Virus record (IMG/VR): IMGVR_UViG_3300033233_001970
Source: a virus
Lineage: Duplodnaviria; Caudoviricetes
DNA: 64,000 nucleotides
Direction: 5' to 3' (one strand)
This document shows, piece after piece, positions 18,597-28,961 of the stretch. The translations under genes and the position numbers were made by a program. A model generated the notes under the pieces. The model did not search any database. It was given only the letters and a program-made list of their open reading frames with translations, and was not told the DNA's origin. Within the stretch, counting starts at the first letter, position 1. Each line of letters opens with the position of its first letter.

Positions 18597-19697
18597 ATGC
18601 GTCGCCGTTCGAACCCTTACACGTCGCCGTGGACAGTGATCGAATACCGAATCACCCGTCGCCTGATCGACGGGATCGTGTATCTGGTTCTTCTCGAGCT
18701 CGTACAAGAGCCTGGCGAAAAACCGACGACTGCGGTGTACACGTGGCACGCTTCTAGAGCCGACCTCATAAAAACAGCAAAATTTACCATACAAAACGCA
18801 GCGAGGCGCGAGAGAAACAGTCCGATTCCGGTTCGCTTGTTCGATGAGCGCGGCCAATGCCTCTACGCCGCGCGTAACAAGATGATGCCGCCGAGCCACG
18901 ACCCGAAATGGGGCTTGATCGGACAACGTCCTACGCCGTCGTGGGAAGAAATTCCGTGCGACGCGCGGCCAAACCCGCATGCCAGCAGGAAGCAGAACCC
19001 GATCTACTTCGACGATCTGCCGCTCGCGGAACGTCAGCGACACGCACAACTGTGGCGTGCGTCAATCGCGAAGCTTCGCGATCTGCCGTATCCGTTTCAG
19101 GCGACGTTCGACGGCGAGCGTATCACCGTGCTCGGTCGCGTACGGGATTTCGAACCCTACACAAGTCATCCATGCCAACAAGCTGAAGCTACCGACGAAT
19201 CGATGATGGTTCGTGGATCGGATGGCAAGAAGTTCATCGTCTTCGGCCACAGCTTGTTCGTCGGCGACCAACGCCTCGTGTACCAGTCCGGCTACCGCCG
19301 CCGTCCTGTAGTTGATCCTTTGGGACTAGGATGGAAAGAAAACCCCGTCGGCGTCTTCATCTACGATCTCGACGCGCTCGACAAGCTCGCGGCGATGGAA
19401 GGCCAGGATTGGCTCAAAGACGATCGTCGTATGTGGGAACGGTACCGTAGCGGCAATACAGCGCACGCGTTCGTAACGGCGTGGAAGTTCACACGCCATC
19501 TCTCGCCGGAAGATTCGATCTATTGGAAAGACTATTTCGCGGGCGAGACAGGTGTGGAGCTCGGCGTCATCTACGGTAACGGCGGCTACGCGAGGTACGC
19601 CGTATCCAGCGAAGGTGAGATTCGGCTCGATCCAGGATCGACACGACCAGAGAAGGTAGCTCGAGCTCTCGGGCTAGGGTTTCGGGTGCCGCGATGA
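18597..19697 (+). CDS. NP-delimited multimodule protein (NPYTP domain first)
   Basis: RRRSNPYT, RPNP, KQNP, KENP joints. Confidence 0.75.
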   Translation: MRRRSNPYTSPWTVIEYRITRRLIDGIVYLVLLELVQEPGEKPTTAVYTWHASRADLIKTAKFTIQNAARRERNSPIPVRLFDERGQCLYAARNKMMPPSHDPKWGLIGQRPTPSWEEIPCDARPNPHASRKQNPIYFDDLPLAERQRHAQLWRASIAKLRDLPYPFQATFDGERITVLGRVRDFEPYTSHPCQQAEATDESMMVRGSDGKKFIVFGHSLFVGDQRLVYQSGYRRRPVVDPLGLGWKENPVGVFIYDLDALDKLAAMEGQDWLKDDRRMWERYRSGNTAHAFVTAWKFTRHLSPEDSIYWKDYFAGETGVELGVIYGNGGYARYAVSSEGEIRLDPGSTRPEKVARALGLGFRVPR

Positions 19698-20905
19698 AAC
19701 GCAGTCAAGAATGTGCACGTATCCTCGCGAAGAACGCGGGCGCCGTCGAGTGCCGTCGCAACCGCATGAGCGGCACCATCATTACGCTCTACGACGGAAT
19801 CGCGGCCGGCATCGAGTCGGATCCGGAGCTACGCTGGTGTACCGTCTGCGAAGATCACTCGACACTCACCTGCCACTCGTCGCTTTCGCTCGCGCGCCGT
19901 CACATGGCAGTGCCGGAATGGTGCGAGGAGTGTCAGGCGATCATGGAGTCGAGGAAATCGAATCCGTACACACCCTCATCAACCGATGAACAATACTTTG
20001 ATTACAAAGTCATCCACTACCCTGTGTATTCGAGCGCCGGTCTGCGCAAACAAGGCTGGCGAGTAGAGGCGGCTCAGTTTACACCCGGTCAGCAGCCACA
20101 TTTCTACTGGCCTGACGATCAAGGATTCGAGTTCGAGAAGCATTTAGATGCGATCGATCATGCCAAGTGGCGTGCCCAAGGTGCCGCTATTGCCGGTGAT
20201 CATGCGCGCGTACTCGACGAAGCTGGGCGTTGTGTGGTTGCGTACAAACATCAACCACCTGACAACGCTATCGAAGTGTCTTGCGGCGCCGTTCGATCGA
20301 ACCCCTGCACGCCAGGCTGGCCCGTCTACGAATTTCGTGTTCGTCAACGCGGTTCCGATCGCTGGTGCATTCAACTCATGACGCAGCTTCCTGGGCAAGC
20401 TCCACGGTTCGAAGAGTTCGGGTGTGGTTCCCTCGGTTTCATGTCGACGAGGGACTGGGCCATTGCCGGCGCAGAACAAGAAGCGTGGGAGCATTCGCGA
20501 AGAGAAGCTTCCAACCCGAACGCGGTGCTCGTTCGCGATGAGCGTGGACGGTGCGTACACGCGTTCGTGGGTGGTGAGCGCGTGGAGTGTCCTTCGTACC
20601 GAGCCAATCCGTACACGCCAAGCTGGCCGCGTTACGAGCTCAAGGTCGAAGCAGCCGAGAGCTACATCGACCGTCACCAGAGTCGCCGCATCGTATACAA
20701 ATGGAAAATCACGATGCTCACGTGGACGCCCGAGGGAAAACCGAAATTTCAAGAAATAGGTTTTTCTGGCGATCTCGGTAAAGCCGAGAGAATCGCCTTT
20801 GACTACGCGAACAAACTTCACAGCAAAGAACCGCGCAACCCGAACGACATTCGCGTTTTCAACAATGCAGGCAAGTGCATTTTCTCGATTCAAGGAGCTT
20901 GCTGA
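19694..20905 (+). CDS. Zn-binding N-domain + three tandem NPYTP-family domains
   Basis: KSNPYTP, RSNPCTP, RANPYTP; each unit ends R(V/I)xDExGRC-like. Confidence 0.8.
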   Translation: MKRSQECARILAKNAGAVECRRNRMSGTIITLYDGIAAGIESDPELRWCTVCEDHSTLTCHSSLSLARRHMAVPEWCEECQAIMESRKSNPYTPSSTDEQYFDYKVIHYPVYSSAGLRKQGWRVEAAQFTPGQQPHFYWPDDQGFEFEKHLDAIDHAKWRAQGAAIAGDHARVLDEAGRCVVAYKHQPPDNAIEVSCGAVRSNPCTPGWPVYEFRVRQRGSDRWCIQLMTQLPGQAPRFEEFGCGSLGFMSTRDWAIAGAEQEAWEHSRREASNPNAVLVRDERGRCVHAFVGGERVECPSYRANPYTPSWPRYELKVEAAESYIDRHQSRRIVYKWKITMLTWTPEGKPKFQEIGFSGDLGKAERIAFDYANKLHSKEPRNPNDIRVFNNAGKCIFSIQGAC

Positions 20906-21375
20906 TGCCGCACGCGCTCACAGGTCGCAAATTCATCGTGACGTACCGCGTGCGATGCCTCGATGTGCACGGACACGGTCCCGATGAGTGCGGCTCCGAA
21001 TACGGATGCCCTTGCGTCGGTATCGATCCGGCAACAGGAGAAGAAATCCACGATCCCGAGCAGTTCAACGACGGCGAATGCGATGCGGAGTACACGGTCA
21101 ATAATTCGTACGACTGCGGCAGCATCGAGGTCGAAGCCGACGAAGAGGAGTACACGGGTGCGCGCGGAATGCAGATTTTCGCACAGCAAAATCCAGAATA
21201 CGATGACATCGTTCGAGCGCTCGTGGATGGCGGATTTCTCAAACCCAACGTGAAACCCAATGACGTCACCATCGACGGCGAGAGCGACGGATTGCTCATG
21301 ATCGACGACGCGACCGACGGTGAACCGCTTTTTCAGCTCAATTGGGAGAGTTCCGTACTCGATACGGGAGATTGA
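20905..21375 (+). CDS. acidic hypothetical protein
   Basis: TGATG coupling; Cys cluster; DATDGEPLFQL. Confidence 0.6.
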   Translation: MPHALTGRKFIVTYRVRCLDVHGHGPDECGSEYGCPCVGIDPATGEEIHDPEQFNDGECDAEYTVNNSYDCGSIEVEADEEEYTGARGMQIFAQQNPEYDDIVRALVDGGFLKPNVKPNDVTIDGESDGLLMIDDATDGEPLFQLNWESSVLDTGD

Positions 21376-21378
21376 GCC

Positions 21379-22248
21379 GTGGCGTCAAAATTCAAATACG
21401 AACCATTTGTCCGTGTCGGCGCCATGTCGTCGGACGATGCACGCGATTTCGTGGTTCGTGAATTCGGAGTGGATCCTGCGCGGATCTATCTCATCAAGGA
21501 CGGTGGCCCCGCCAATCCGGAACGCTACAAGCCTGGCGCAAGGGTATGGCACGTCTACATCGGCAAGAAACCCGTGGGCGGGCACCTGTACCGCGTGAAA
21601 GAGAACCCGCGTTACGAAAAAGGCTTCCCGATCGGCCATCATCAAATCATCGTGGACAAACTCGGCGTCGTCTACGACGGCCGCGACGAGATCGAAGCGG
21701 GCGCCAAGTACGGCGAGTACATTGCGCTCTCGATGTCAGGCGACGGCTACCGCGTCATCTGGCTCGTTGATGGTGAGGTCGAGGATCAGTACATTCCGGA
21801 GCTCGAGGAAGAGATCAAGCTCGCGTGGTGGGACGAACACATCAAGAAAAATCCGTACACGCCGCCGTCCTTGAAGTGGCCCGTCTACGAGTACAAGATT
21901 TCACCCGCATGGGGCTACCGAGTCAAATCAGGAGATCCGGACGAGTGGCAAATCTGGGAGCTCGAAAAGCGCCCTGGAGAGCGCGCAAAAATACGAATCG
22001 TCGGCGGCGAGCAGCCGCGCTCCATCCATGGGAACCGAGAACCCTTGTGGAAGGTGAAACACAGAGCGATTGATCGAGCCATCGATTTGGCCATTCGTCA
22101 CGCGACGAACATGGATCCGCGAAATCCAAATCCCATCCGTATTCTCGACGAGAGCGGCCGATGTTACTCCGTCGTTCGGCCGGCGTACCGTGGCGCCGCG
22201 ACCATCGATGAGTGCGATCCTCCGGCACGACCAAACCCTTCGAAGTGA
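21379..22248 (+). CDS. NP-delimited multimodule protein with one NPYTP domain
   Basis: KENP, KKNPYTPP..WPVYEYKI...RNPNPIRILDESGRC, RPNP. Confidence 0.75.
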   Translation: MASKFKYEPFVRVGAMSSDDARDFVVREFGVDPARIYLIKDGGPANPERYKPGARVWHVYIGKKPVGGHLYRVKENPRYEKGFPIGHHQIIVDKLGVVYDGRDEIEAGAKYGEYIALSMSGDGYRVIWLVDGEVEDQYIPELEEEIKLAWWDEHIKKNPYTPPSLKWPVYEYKISPAWGYRVKSGDPDEWQIWELEKRPGERAKIRIVGGEQPRSIHGNREPLWKVKHRAIDRAIDLAIRHATNMDPRNPNPIRILDESGRCYSVVRPAYRGAATIDECDPPARPNPSK

Positions 22249-22257
22249 TTCTGTGTC

Positions 22258-23387
22258 ATGAGACCGAATCCCTACACGCCGCCGTCGCAGCTCTGGCCAC
22301 GCTACGAGTTTCGACTGCGGCGGAGGTCGGAGCAAAACCGTGGCTCGTGGACGTCTGGCGCCTCGAGCGACGCTACGGCGAGCAACCCAAGATGAAGCAG
22401 GTGAGTGTAGCGAATCGCGTGTACACGGTTGCCGTCGACGACGCCAATGATTGGGCGAAAATCCAATCGATGGCCGAGCCGAACAATCCGAATCCGGTGC
22501 TCGTCATCGATATCCACGGAAGCTGCTACAGCGCGTTCATCAACGGCAAACGCACGCATTGCCCAGACGAGATGGTGCGGCGCAACCCATACACATCCTC
22601 TTGGCCGATCTACGAGGTACGCATTCGCTACCACAAGCAACGAAATGCGTGGATTCCAGTCACCTACAAAAAGATGCCTGGTGAGAATCCGAAGATCGAA
22701 GAAGATTTCATGGGGTATCACCAGCGCGGTCAGGCGCTCGAGGCGATCAAAAATTACGCGCACCTGCTCTCGAGACGCCCGTGGGATCAATCGTGGGGAT
22801 CGCCAAATGATCTGCGAAATCCAAATCCCGTTCGCGTCCTCGACGAGCATGGTCGCTGCGTCACGGCGTATCTTGCGGGCAAGGAGATCGGCTGCCCGAA
22901 CCCTGTTCCGCCCGAGCAAAGTAGTGGCATAAAATTGGGGCACATTCTTGCTGGTGGCGCCATTGCTGCGTTGGTATGGACGTTTCGGCAGAGCATCTTC
23001 GGATCGGACAATCCGTTGGCTCAGGTTGCCGGCCGCATTATCAGCCGCGACGCGCGCGCCGCTACGACCTACACGCGACTCGCTACACCCGAAATCGGCG
23101 GCGGCCTACACGGCGCCGGACGCTATCTCATCAGCGTAACGCCTTCAGGGTTCGAAACGCTGCGGTCGTACGCCGCAACCGTCCTCAGGAGCGACACGGG
23201 CGCTACCGTGATGGGTCCGTTCCAGGGATGGCGAGACGAAAACGACATGAACCACTTGTCCGAGTTTCAATCGGTGGGTGACGGAGACGACGCCAGTCGC
23301 GCACGCATGACTGTCGTGCTCGGCATGCCGTACGGCTACGGCACGTTGCCGGACTCGATTGATCCGAAGGTTTGGCAGGTAAAGTAG
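22258..23387 (+). pseudogene. two NPYTP domains + TM + C-domain, split by a -1 frameshift near 22334
   Basis: MRPNPYTPPSQLWPRYEFRLRRRSE (frame of 22258, stop 22393-22395) continues as KPWLVDVW...NNPNPVLVIDIHGSC in the -1 frame. Confidence 0.7.
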
Positions 23388-23389
23388 TG

Positions 23390-24325
23390 ATGTGGTGCGC
23401 GCCCAACCCGACCGGATATTGCTTCTACAAGAGCTGCGTGCAGTTTCACGGTCCTGAAGTCGAAGCCCTGAACGAGATGATTCGTGACGCAAAAGAGATC
23501 TCGCGCCGCACGATGCTCAAATACGTCGATCTCCGACCCATCGCGCGAGAGCTCGGTTACGACGCGCATCCGTCGCAAGGACTCACGATGGCCAAGGACT
23601 GGGCCATCTCGTACTACAAATCGACTTTCCGGGGCTGGCCGGCATTTTTCTTCGCCTGGTCTCACATCGAGCACATCTTCGTGCCCTGCGAAGCGCTCGA
23701 ACAGTTTTCGCGGCAAGCGTACGTACCGAACCCTGCTCCCGTCTCGAGCCTTCCCGGAGACGTCGTCCAAGTCTTCGTCGAGCTCGGGAATGCCCAACGC
23801 GGCGCTCCTGAGGCGGCTATGGAGCGCGCGCAGCTCGCCATGGGCGGCGGCGTCATGAACGTCCTCATCGAGCACGTCGGCGACCTCACGCACCGCATGT
23901 CCCACATGGCTCGGCACGACTACGACGGGTACGGCGAGGTTCACGAGAAGCTCAATACGACGCTTTACTACCTTCGCAGCGACTACGGCTTCGAACGCGA
24001 GATGTGGGAAAATTTCCAGAACAACGCACGCGCTCGAGGCGTGCCCTACGATGGCTACTGGAAACGCATTCGAGAAGCCTTAGCGGTCTATACCGAAGCT
24101 CACAGAAAGCTTCCTGCGTACAACGAGGCCCAGTGGCTCGCGCGCGAAGCCGCTATCGAGACAGGCGAGCTGCATTTCGATCTTGTCGAAAAGTACCTCA
24201 AGAAACTTCAGCGCATGCAGAAGACGCGCGAGATGTGGCACAAGGCAGCGTTCGCGTATGCGCGCGACACGGACGGAAGGCTTCTCGTGTCGAGGTGGCC
24301 GGAGGGTACGGTCCTTACGGATTAG
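23390..24325 (+). CDS. two-module NP-delimited phage protein
   Basis: APNP then D.AISYYKS.FRG.P..FF.WSHIEHIF phage domain; VPNP then helical domain. Confidence 0.7.
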   Translation: MWCAPNPTGYCFYKSCVQFHGPEVEALNEMIRDAKEISRRTMLKYVDLRPIARELGYDAHPSQGLTMAKDWAISYYKSTFRGWPAFFFAWSHIEHIFVPCEALEQFSRQAYVPNPAPVSSLPGDVVQVFVELGNAQRGAPEAAMERAQLAMGGGVMNVLIEHVGDLTHRMSHMARHDYDGYGEVHEKLNTTLYYLRSDYGFEREMWENFQNNARARGVPYDGYWKRIREALAVYTEAHRKLPAYNEAQWLAREAAIETGELHFDLVEKYLKKLQRMQKTREMWHKAAFAYARDTDGRLLVSRWPEGTVLTD

Positions 24326-24677
24326 GATTTTTCTTCGAAGATTTTTTGGCCTTCGGCGGCGGATCAACCGGCGCTTCGACCGGCAATTCAGCGGCGACTG
24401 CTTCGGGCTTCGGTTCTAGCATCGCTGCGCCCTTCGGCTCCGTTGTATCCTGCCCCTTCGGCAAAAACTGCTTTGCGTACTCATCCGGCACTTCCCGCGT
24501 CGTCCAGTGAAGCGGAACATCGAACGAGCGCGGGCCGAGCTGCCGCGATTTCTTCGCGGGGTAGAACTGCGTTCTTTCCTCACGAAGCGTGTCGCGCGCC
24601 AGCGCCTCGTCGGCCGCTGCCTGCGTGGGGAAGATGGTGTGGGTCGGCGATCCGTTGCAAACGAGCTCGATGAACAT
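24315..24677 (-). CDS. small protein downstream of fibre gene
   Basis: GAGGA RBS; CNG...FPTQAAA motif shared with 26106 and 28767. Confidence 0.6.
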   Translation of the reverse strand: MFIELVCNGSPTHTIFPTQAAADEALARDTLREERTQFYPAKKSRQLGPRSFDVPLHWTTREVPDEYAKQFLPKGQDTTEPKGAAMLEPKPEAVAAELPVEAPVDPPPKAKKSSKKNPNP

Positions 24678-24686
24678 GATGTCCTC

Positions 24687-26087
24687 TCAGGCCAGATCGC
24701 GAAGGATCGCGCCGTTTTCGCAGCCCACGGCGTACCCAGAGCCGGTGGGCCCAAAGATCAAATCGCCTAGCGCGAAGCCGCCAAGCGCGACGGGCGTATC
24801 GAGGTTCGCGGCCGTGATCGCTCGTTGAGATGGCGCTGCCGCCTTGTTTCCCGTGGCTACATCGATCGCAAAAGCCATGTCGCCCGCGTTGATCGGCCCG
24901 TTGGCTTCGATGTGTAGCGACGCGAGCAAAAACGTCTGCACGGCCGTGCGGTTGTACTGCCAGAAGAGCTTCGTCTCCGGGTACACGAAGATACGGTCGC
25001 CCCACAGAACCGGAGGTCCGTAGTCGCCGTTCTGCACGCGGTAGTTGCCGCCTTGGCCTAGCGCACGGAATCCAACAACGAAGAAATTTTCGAGACAGGC
25101 CAAGCTGAACGCGGTGTCACTTTGCAGATTGTTCGCGCCTTGAAGAAGTACATCCCCATCGAGGAAGAATGTGCCGCCTACGAAAGACAGTATAGCCCCG
25201 CCTTCGTAGAATGGGATCGTTGTACCTATGCCGGAGCCGAAACCGCCACCGGGAGCGAAACAATTGGCCGCCGATCCCGCAGCGCCTTCCGCAGCACGCG
25301 GAAGATAAAAGTTGGCGAATGAACAGAACGCCGTCCAACAGATGCCGATGAATTGTTCGGCGAATGCTGGATCCCCGTGAAACGCCGCGTCCACGAAGAC
25401 GAGCGCGCCTCCGAGCCCATTGACGGCCTGCGCAAACGCCATGTTCAGGCGACCCGGACGAAGCACGCGGTAGGTGTTGGTCGCGACGGGATCAACTTGG
25501 GTGTTCGCAAAGATCGCGAACGGGTTGATCGGAGTCGGGTTGACGTTCTGGACGAGCGAGCAAATGACAGCGGTCGTTCCGCCCGCGCTCGCGCGAATGA
25601 AGGACTGTGCCGACAGCGTCGTGTCCTCGAAGATAAGCCCGACGTTCGTGTTGATATTGGGGCCGCTCACTGTCTGACGTCCCGCAACACCGGCTGCGCG
25701 ATTTTTCGGCGTCGCCGCCGTCAACATCCCGGACGCGACCACCGCCATCGGCATCGTCCACACGAGTGAGAAGAGCGCCACATCGATCACAATCTCGTCT
25801 GTCGTTCCCTGCCCAGGAAGCTCTTCACTCAGGAACGTGACGGACATGGGAACCTGAATCGAGCCGTTCTTGGCGCCGATGCGCCGCAGGAGCTCAGCTT
25901 TCGTCAAGAGCGGCATGAGCGCGGTCGCGCCCGTGTTGCTGTCATTGGCAAGGCCGGAGACGTTCTGCGGATCAACGAACCACACAGGTTGCGAAAGAAA
26001 AAACGATGTTCCTCCTGAGCCGACGCTTGACGGAATCGGGTAGGTGGTCGCGGCAAAACCGACACGCTGGCTTCCTCGAAGAGTCAT
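24687..26087 (-). CDS. fibre/spike-like virion protein (FAAxxYP leader)
   Basis: WFVDPQNVSGLANDSNTG...PLLT motif typical of beta-helix spike N-termini. Confidence 0.65.
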   Translation of the reverse strand: MTLRGSQRVGFAATTYPIPSSVGSGGTSFFLSQPVWFVDPQNVSGLANDSNTGATALMPLLTKAELLRRIGAKNGSIQVPMSVTFLSEELPGQGTTDEIVIDVALFSLVWTMPMAVVASGMLTAATPKNRAAGVAGRQTVSGPNINTNVGLIFEDTTLSAQSFIRASAGGTTAVICSLVQNVNPTPINPFAIFANTQVDPVATNTYRVLRPGRLNMAFAQAVNGLGGALVFVDAAFHGDPAFAEQFIGICWTAFCSFANFYLPRAAEGAAGSAANCFAPGGGFGSGIGTTIPFYEGGAILSFVGGTFFLDGDVLLQGANNLQSDTAFSLACLENFFVVGFRALGQGGNYRVQNGDYGPPVLWGDRIFVYPETKLFWQYNRTAVQTFLLASLHIEANGPINAGDMAFAIDVATGNKAAAPSQRAITAANLDTPVALGGFALGDLIFGPTGSGYAVGCENGAILRDLA

Positions 26088-26105
26088 CGCGGCTCACTTT
26101 CTCGG

Positions 26106-26408
26106 CTAGGACTCGATCGTATACCAGGCGCGTACGACGTCTTCTTCGTTTGCTCCGCGAAGAAAAGCCGTAGGAACGGATACGGGACACTGCTTCACCT
26201 GCTCATCAACAAACAGTTGTGCATCAGTGCTGTTGTCGAACGTGTCGACGAGATTTCCGTTGCACTTCACTTTCACCGAACGTGGCTTGATGGCTTGATA
26301 GTCGTTCTTGGCATGACCTTGCGCGACGCGAACAGCGATGAGCTTGGCTGCCGCAGCGGCATCGTCAGCGAACGCGTTGTGATGCCATTGGTAGAGAATT
26401 TCGATCAC
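26106..26408 (-). CDS. small protein between fibre genes
   Basis: GAGGAG RBS; CNGNLVDTFDNSTDAQ. Confidence 0.6.
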   Translation of the reverse strand: MIEILYQWHHNAFADDAAAAAKLIAVRVAQGHAKNDYQAIKPRSVKVKCNGNLVDTFDNSTDAQLFVDEQVKQCPVSVPTAFLRGANEEDVVRAWYTIES

Positions 26409-26418
26409 AAGAATCTCC

Positions 26419-28767
26419 TCACGTCACGAAAAACTGGAGCACGTTACCCGTGGAGCCCGCAGCACCGCTTGCTGCTCCTCCGGTGCCGCCGGCACCGCCG
26501 CTGACATCAAGCCCAACGCCGTCAATCGCGATCTGCGGTCCGATGAGAACGATTGTGCCGCCTCCGCCGCCACCGCCACCGCCTGCACCTGCGCCACCAA
26601 TACCGCCAGCACCACCCTTAGCTTGAAAGATGCCGCCGAAAGCGGAGAGGATGCGTGCGGCGATCCACACAACACCTGCGCCGCCACCGCCACCGCCGCC
26701 TGCGGCGATGGGGCCACCTCCGCCGCCACCTCCACCTGCGCCGCCTTGCAACGGTACGAGGGCGAGGGCCGGAGGTGCACCCGTGATCTGAGGAACTGCC
26801 CAATGCGCAATCTCAGGGAGACCTCGCACGTCACCACCGCCTGTGACCGCAGTGTATGTTCCGCCGGCACCGGCCGCGCCTGCGCCAGCTCCGCCTGCGC
26901 CTCCAGTTGGAGCGGATACGGCGTGCGGAATGCCCTGCGTGACGTTCGTGCCGGCCGCGCCTGCTCCGCCGCCTGCCACTCCGCCCGCGCCTCCATTGGT
27001 TCCGCCCGCAAGCGAACCAGCCGGTGCGCCTGCGCCTGCGACGCTCGCAACAGCATTTGCGCCGTTGCAGAAGATGACGGACGCGGGCGTGATCTTCAAC
27101 AAGAACTGGCCTGTGCAGCGTATACGGAACCCGTTGGTGTTCATCGTGGGACCGTTGCCGAAATCACAGTTCGTGTAGAAAACATCGCGCGTGAGTGTGT
27201 AATTGCCCGCTAGCAACGTCGAGCCTGCCGGCACGGCAATACCGTCGAACTGGGCAAAGCCATCGGAACCGTCACCAAACAATCCAGATCCACCGATGAC
27301 CTGATCGATCTGACGGAATCCAGAGTTCGGCGTTGTGATGGGACCAAGATACGCGCCCGTCGCAGTATCGAAAATCGCGTTATTCGTGCTGAGCTGAGCA
27401 ACGGTATAACCACCGCTAAAAATCGATGCCGAAAAACCAAGAAATGCGTTGTTTACGTTGTTGCCGACAACAAGCGGCGTCGTCGTCGCGAAGCCGAGCG
27501 ACAACGTTGCTGGAGGTAGATAGTCGAAGTGTCCTCCGGGCTGAATGCTTATTGCGCGCCCAATCGTCGGTGCTGTAGTGCTCAAGAGACCGTATTGAAC
27601 GGTTGCTCCATAGAAGATGCTTTTCTGTGTAACAGTTGCATCGGCGTCCACGAAGATGGCGTTTCCTTGAAGTGGAAACTCGCAAAACAAGCCGACGGTA
27701 CCAAGCGTCGCGCGACCTTTGACGATGAGTGCGCCCGCGTCATTGTTGAAGTTGCCAAAGCTGATGTAGAAGTCACCGTCGAGCGAACCGTTCTCGTTGA
27801 TGATCAGTCCACCGACGGAACCTCCGCCTAGAAAAGAGGGTTCAAACCTAGACGATCCCTGCGAACTGATTTCTGGTGCGCGCGTGAACCAACAATTGAG
27901 CGTGAGAGCGGCGACTCCACGAAATTGCATGTTCGTTCCGATTCGACATTCGGAGAACGCAATGAATCCAGTAGCATCGCTGTCGATAATCGACGTGCCG
28001 AAGCTGCCGGTGAGAAAGTCCCATCCGTAGAAGACGACCTCGCCAAACTGATTAGGCACTCCCTGCGTGTACGTGTCGGCTCCGAATACGGCGGTCGGCA
28101 ACGTGAGAATTTGGTAACTGTCGCCCGCTTGTGGCGCAGCTCCGATAACCGGAACCGCGAAAAATGAGGGCGCCGCGAGCGCGTTGAAGTTTTGTGTGAG
28201 TCTGGCGTTCGAAACGCCAGCTACCGGATCGGTCGCCGGAATCCACTCGATGGTGCCGCGCGTGATGTTCTTCATCATACTGTTGATGAAGGGCGTGTAG
28301 TTCGCGATGCCTGTACCCGTGATCGTCCACGGCTGCGCAGTTCCCTGACCGCGATTCAGTACATGCGTGATCGCCAAGATCGTGTCGGCAGCCGCAACCG
28401 TAGATGCCGGAGCCTTTATGATGAGTCCGCCCTGAACAAAAACATTGGCGAGAATACCAATCGGATCAGTGGTCGGCGGCGCGCTCGTAAACGTTACGGT
28501 GCAGACACCACCTGTCGGAATCATAGTAGGCTTGTTGCCGGCGACACCGCTCCAAATGGCGTAAAGCCTCGCCGCTGTCTTGACGGGGTTGCCGGGAAGG
28601 CCCGTTCCGGTGACATCATTGCCGTTGATCGGATCAACGACGAACGCAGGCGCGATGACAGGCGCTACCGATCCGCCTGATGATCCGCCAGACAGGGCAG
28701 CGTTCGCGCGAGCAATCGCGAGGTCGATCTCTGGACGACGAATACTTTCATCTCTATGACGAACCAT
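26419..28767 (-). CDS. large fibre/spike-like protein with glycine-rich C-terminal domain
   Basis: HRDESIRRPEIDLAIARAN leader; VDPINGND..G...P.KT; FGDGSDG then Gly-rich GGGGGG repeats. Confidence 0.75.
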   Translation of the reverse strand: MVRHRDESIRRPEIDLAIARANAALSGGSSGGSVAPVIAPAFVVDPINGNDVTGTGLPGNPVKTAARLYAIWSGVAGNKPTMIPTGGVCTVTFTSAPPTTDPIGILANVFVQGGLIIKAPASTVAAADTILAITHVLNRGQGTAQPWTITGTGIANYTPFINSMMKNITRGTIEWIPATDPVAGVSNARLTQNFNALAAPSFFAVPVIGAAPQAGDSYQILTLPTAVFGADTYTQGVPNQFGEVVFYGWDFLTGSFGTSIIDSDATGFIAFSECRIGTNMQFRGVAALTLNCWFTRAPEISSQGSSRFEPSFLGGGSVGGLIINENGSLDGDFYISFGNFNNDAGALIVKGRATLGTVGLFCEFPLQGNAIFVDADATVTQKSIFYGATVQYGLLSTTAPTIGRAISIQPGGHFDYLPPATLSLGFATTTPLVVGNNVNNAFLGFSASIFSGGYTVAQLSTNNAIFDTATGAYLGPITTPNSGFRQIDQVIGGSGLFGDGSDGFAQFDGIAVPAGSTLLAGNYTLTRDVFYTNCDFGNGPTMNTNGFRIRCTGQFLLKITPASVIFCNGANAVASVAGAGAPAGSLAGGTNGGAGGVAGGGAGAAGTNVTQGIPHAVSAPTGGAGGAGAGAAGAGGTYTAVTGGGDVRGLPEIAHWAVPQITGAPPALALVPLQGGAGGGGGGGGPIAAGGGGGGGAGVVWIAARILSAFGGIFQAKGGAGGIGGAGAGGGGGGGGGTIVLIGPQIAIDGVGLDVSGGAGGTGGAASGAAGSTGNVLQFFVT

Positions 28768-28952
28768 TAGCGAATCTCGTATCCTGCCCGCAGCGTCGCC
28801 TCAATTTGCGGATTGCGCGTGAAACGCACCGCCATCTGGACGGTCTTGTCGAGTACGCCATCGAGATATTTCTGCGCCTCCGCCTTCGTCGAGAAGTCGT
28901 TCGGTTTGCCGTCGGGGAGCTCGCAGAGCTGGTTATTACGGTAGATTTTCAT
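28767..28952 (-). CDS. small protein between fibre genes
   Basis: TAATG coupling; NDFSTKAEAQKYLD. Confidence 0.55.
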   Translation of the reverse strand: MKIYRNNQLCELPDGKPNDFSTKAEAQKYLDGVLDKTVQMAVRFTRNPQIEATLRAGYEIR

Positions 28953-28961
28953 GATTGATCC

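Noticed and set aside
4499-18620. RR-containing leaders (RRNP) as Tat signal peptides
   Set aside because: No S/T-R-R-x-F-L-K consensus, usually no following h-region, and many sites are internal
18597-23387. Diversity-generating retroelement acting on NPYTP repeats
   Set aside because: No reverse transcriptase in the window, and copies are far too divergent for adenine-specific TR/VR pairs
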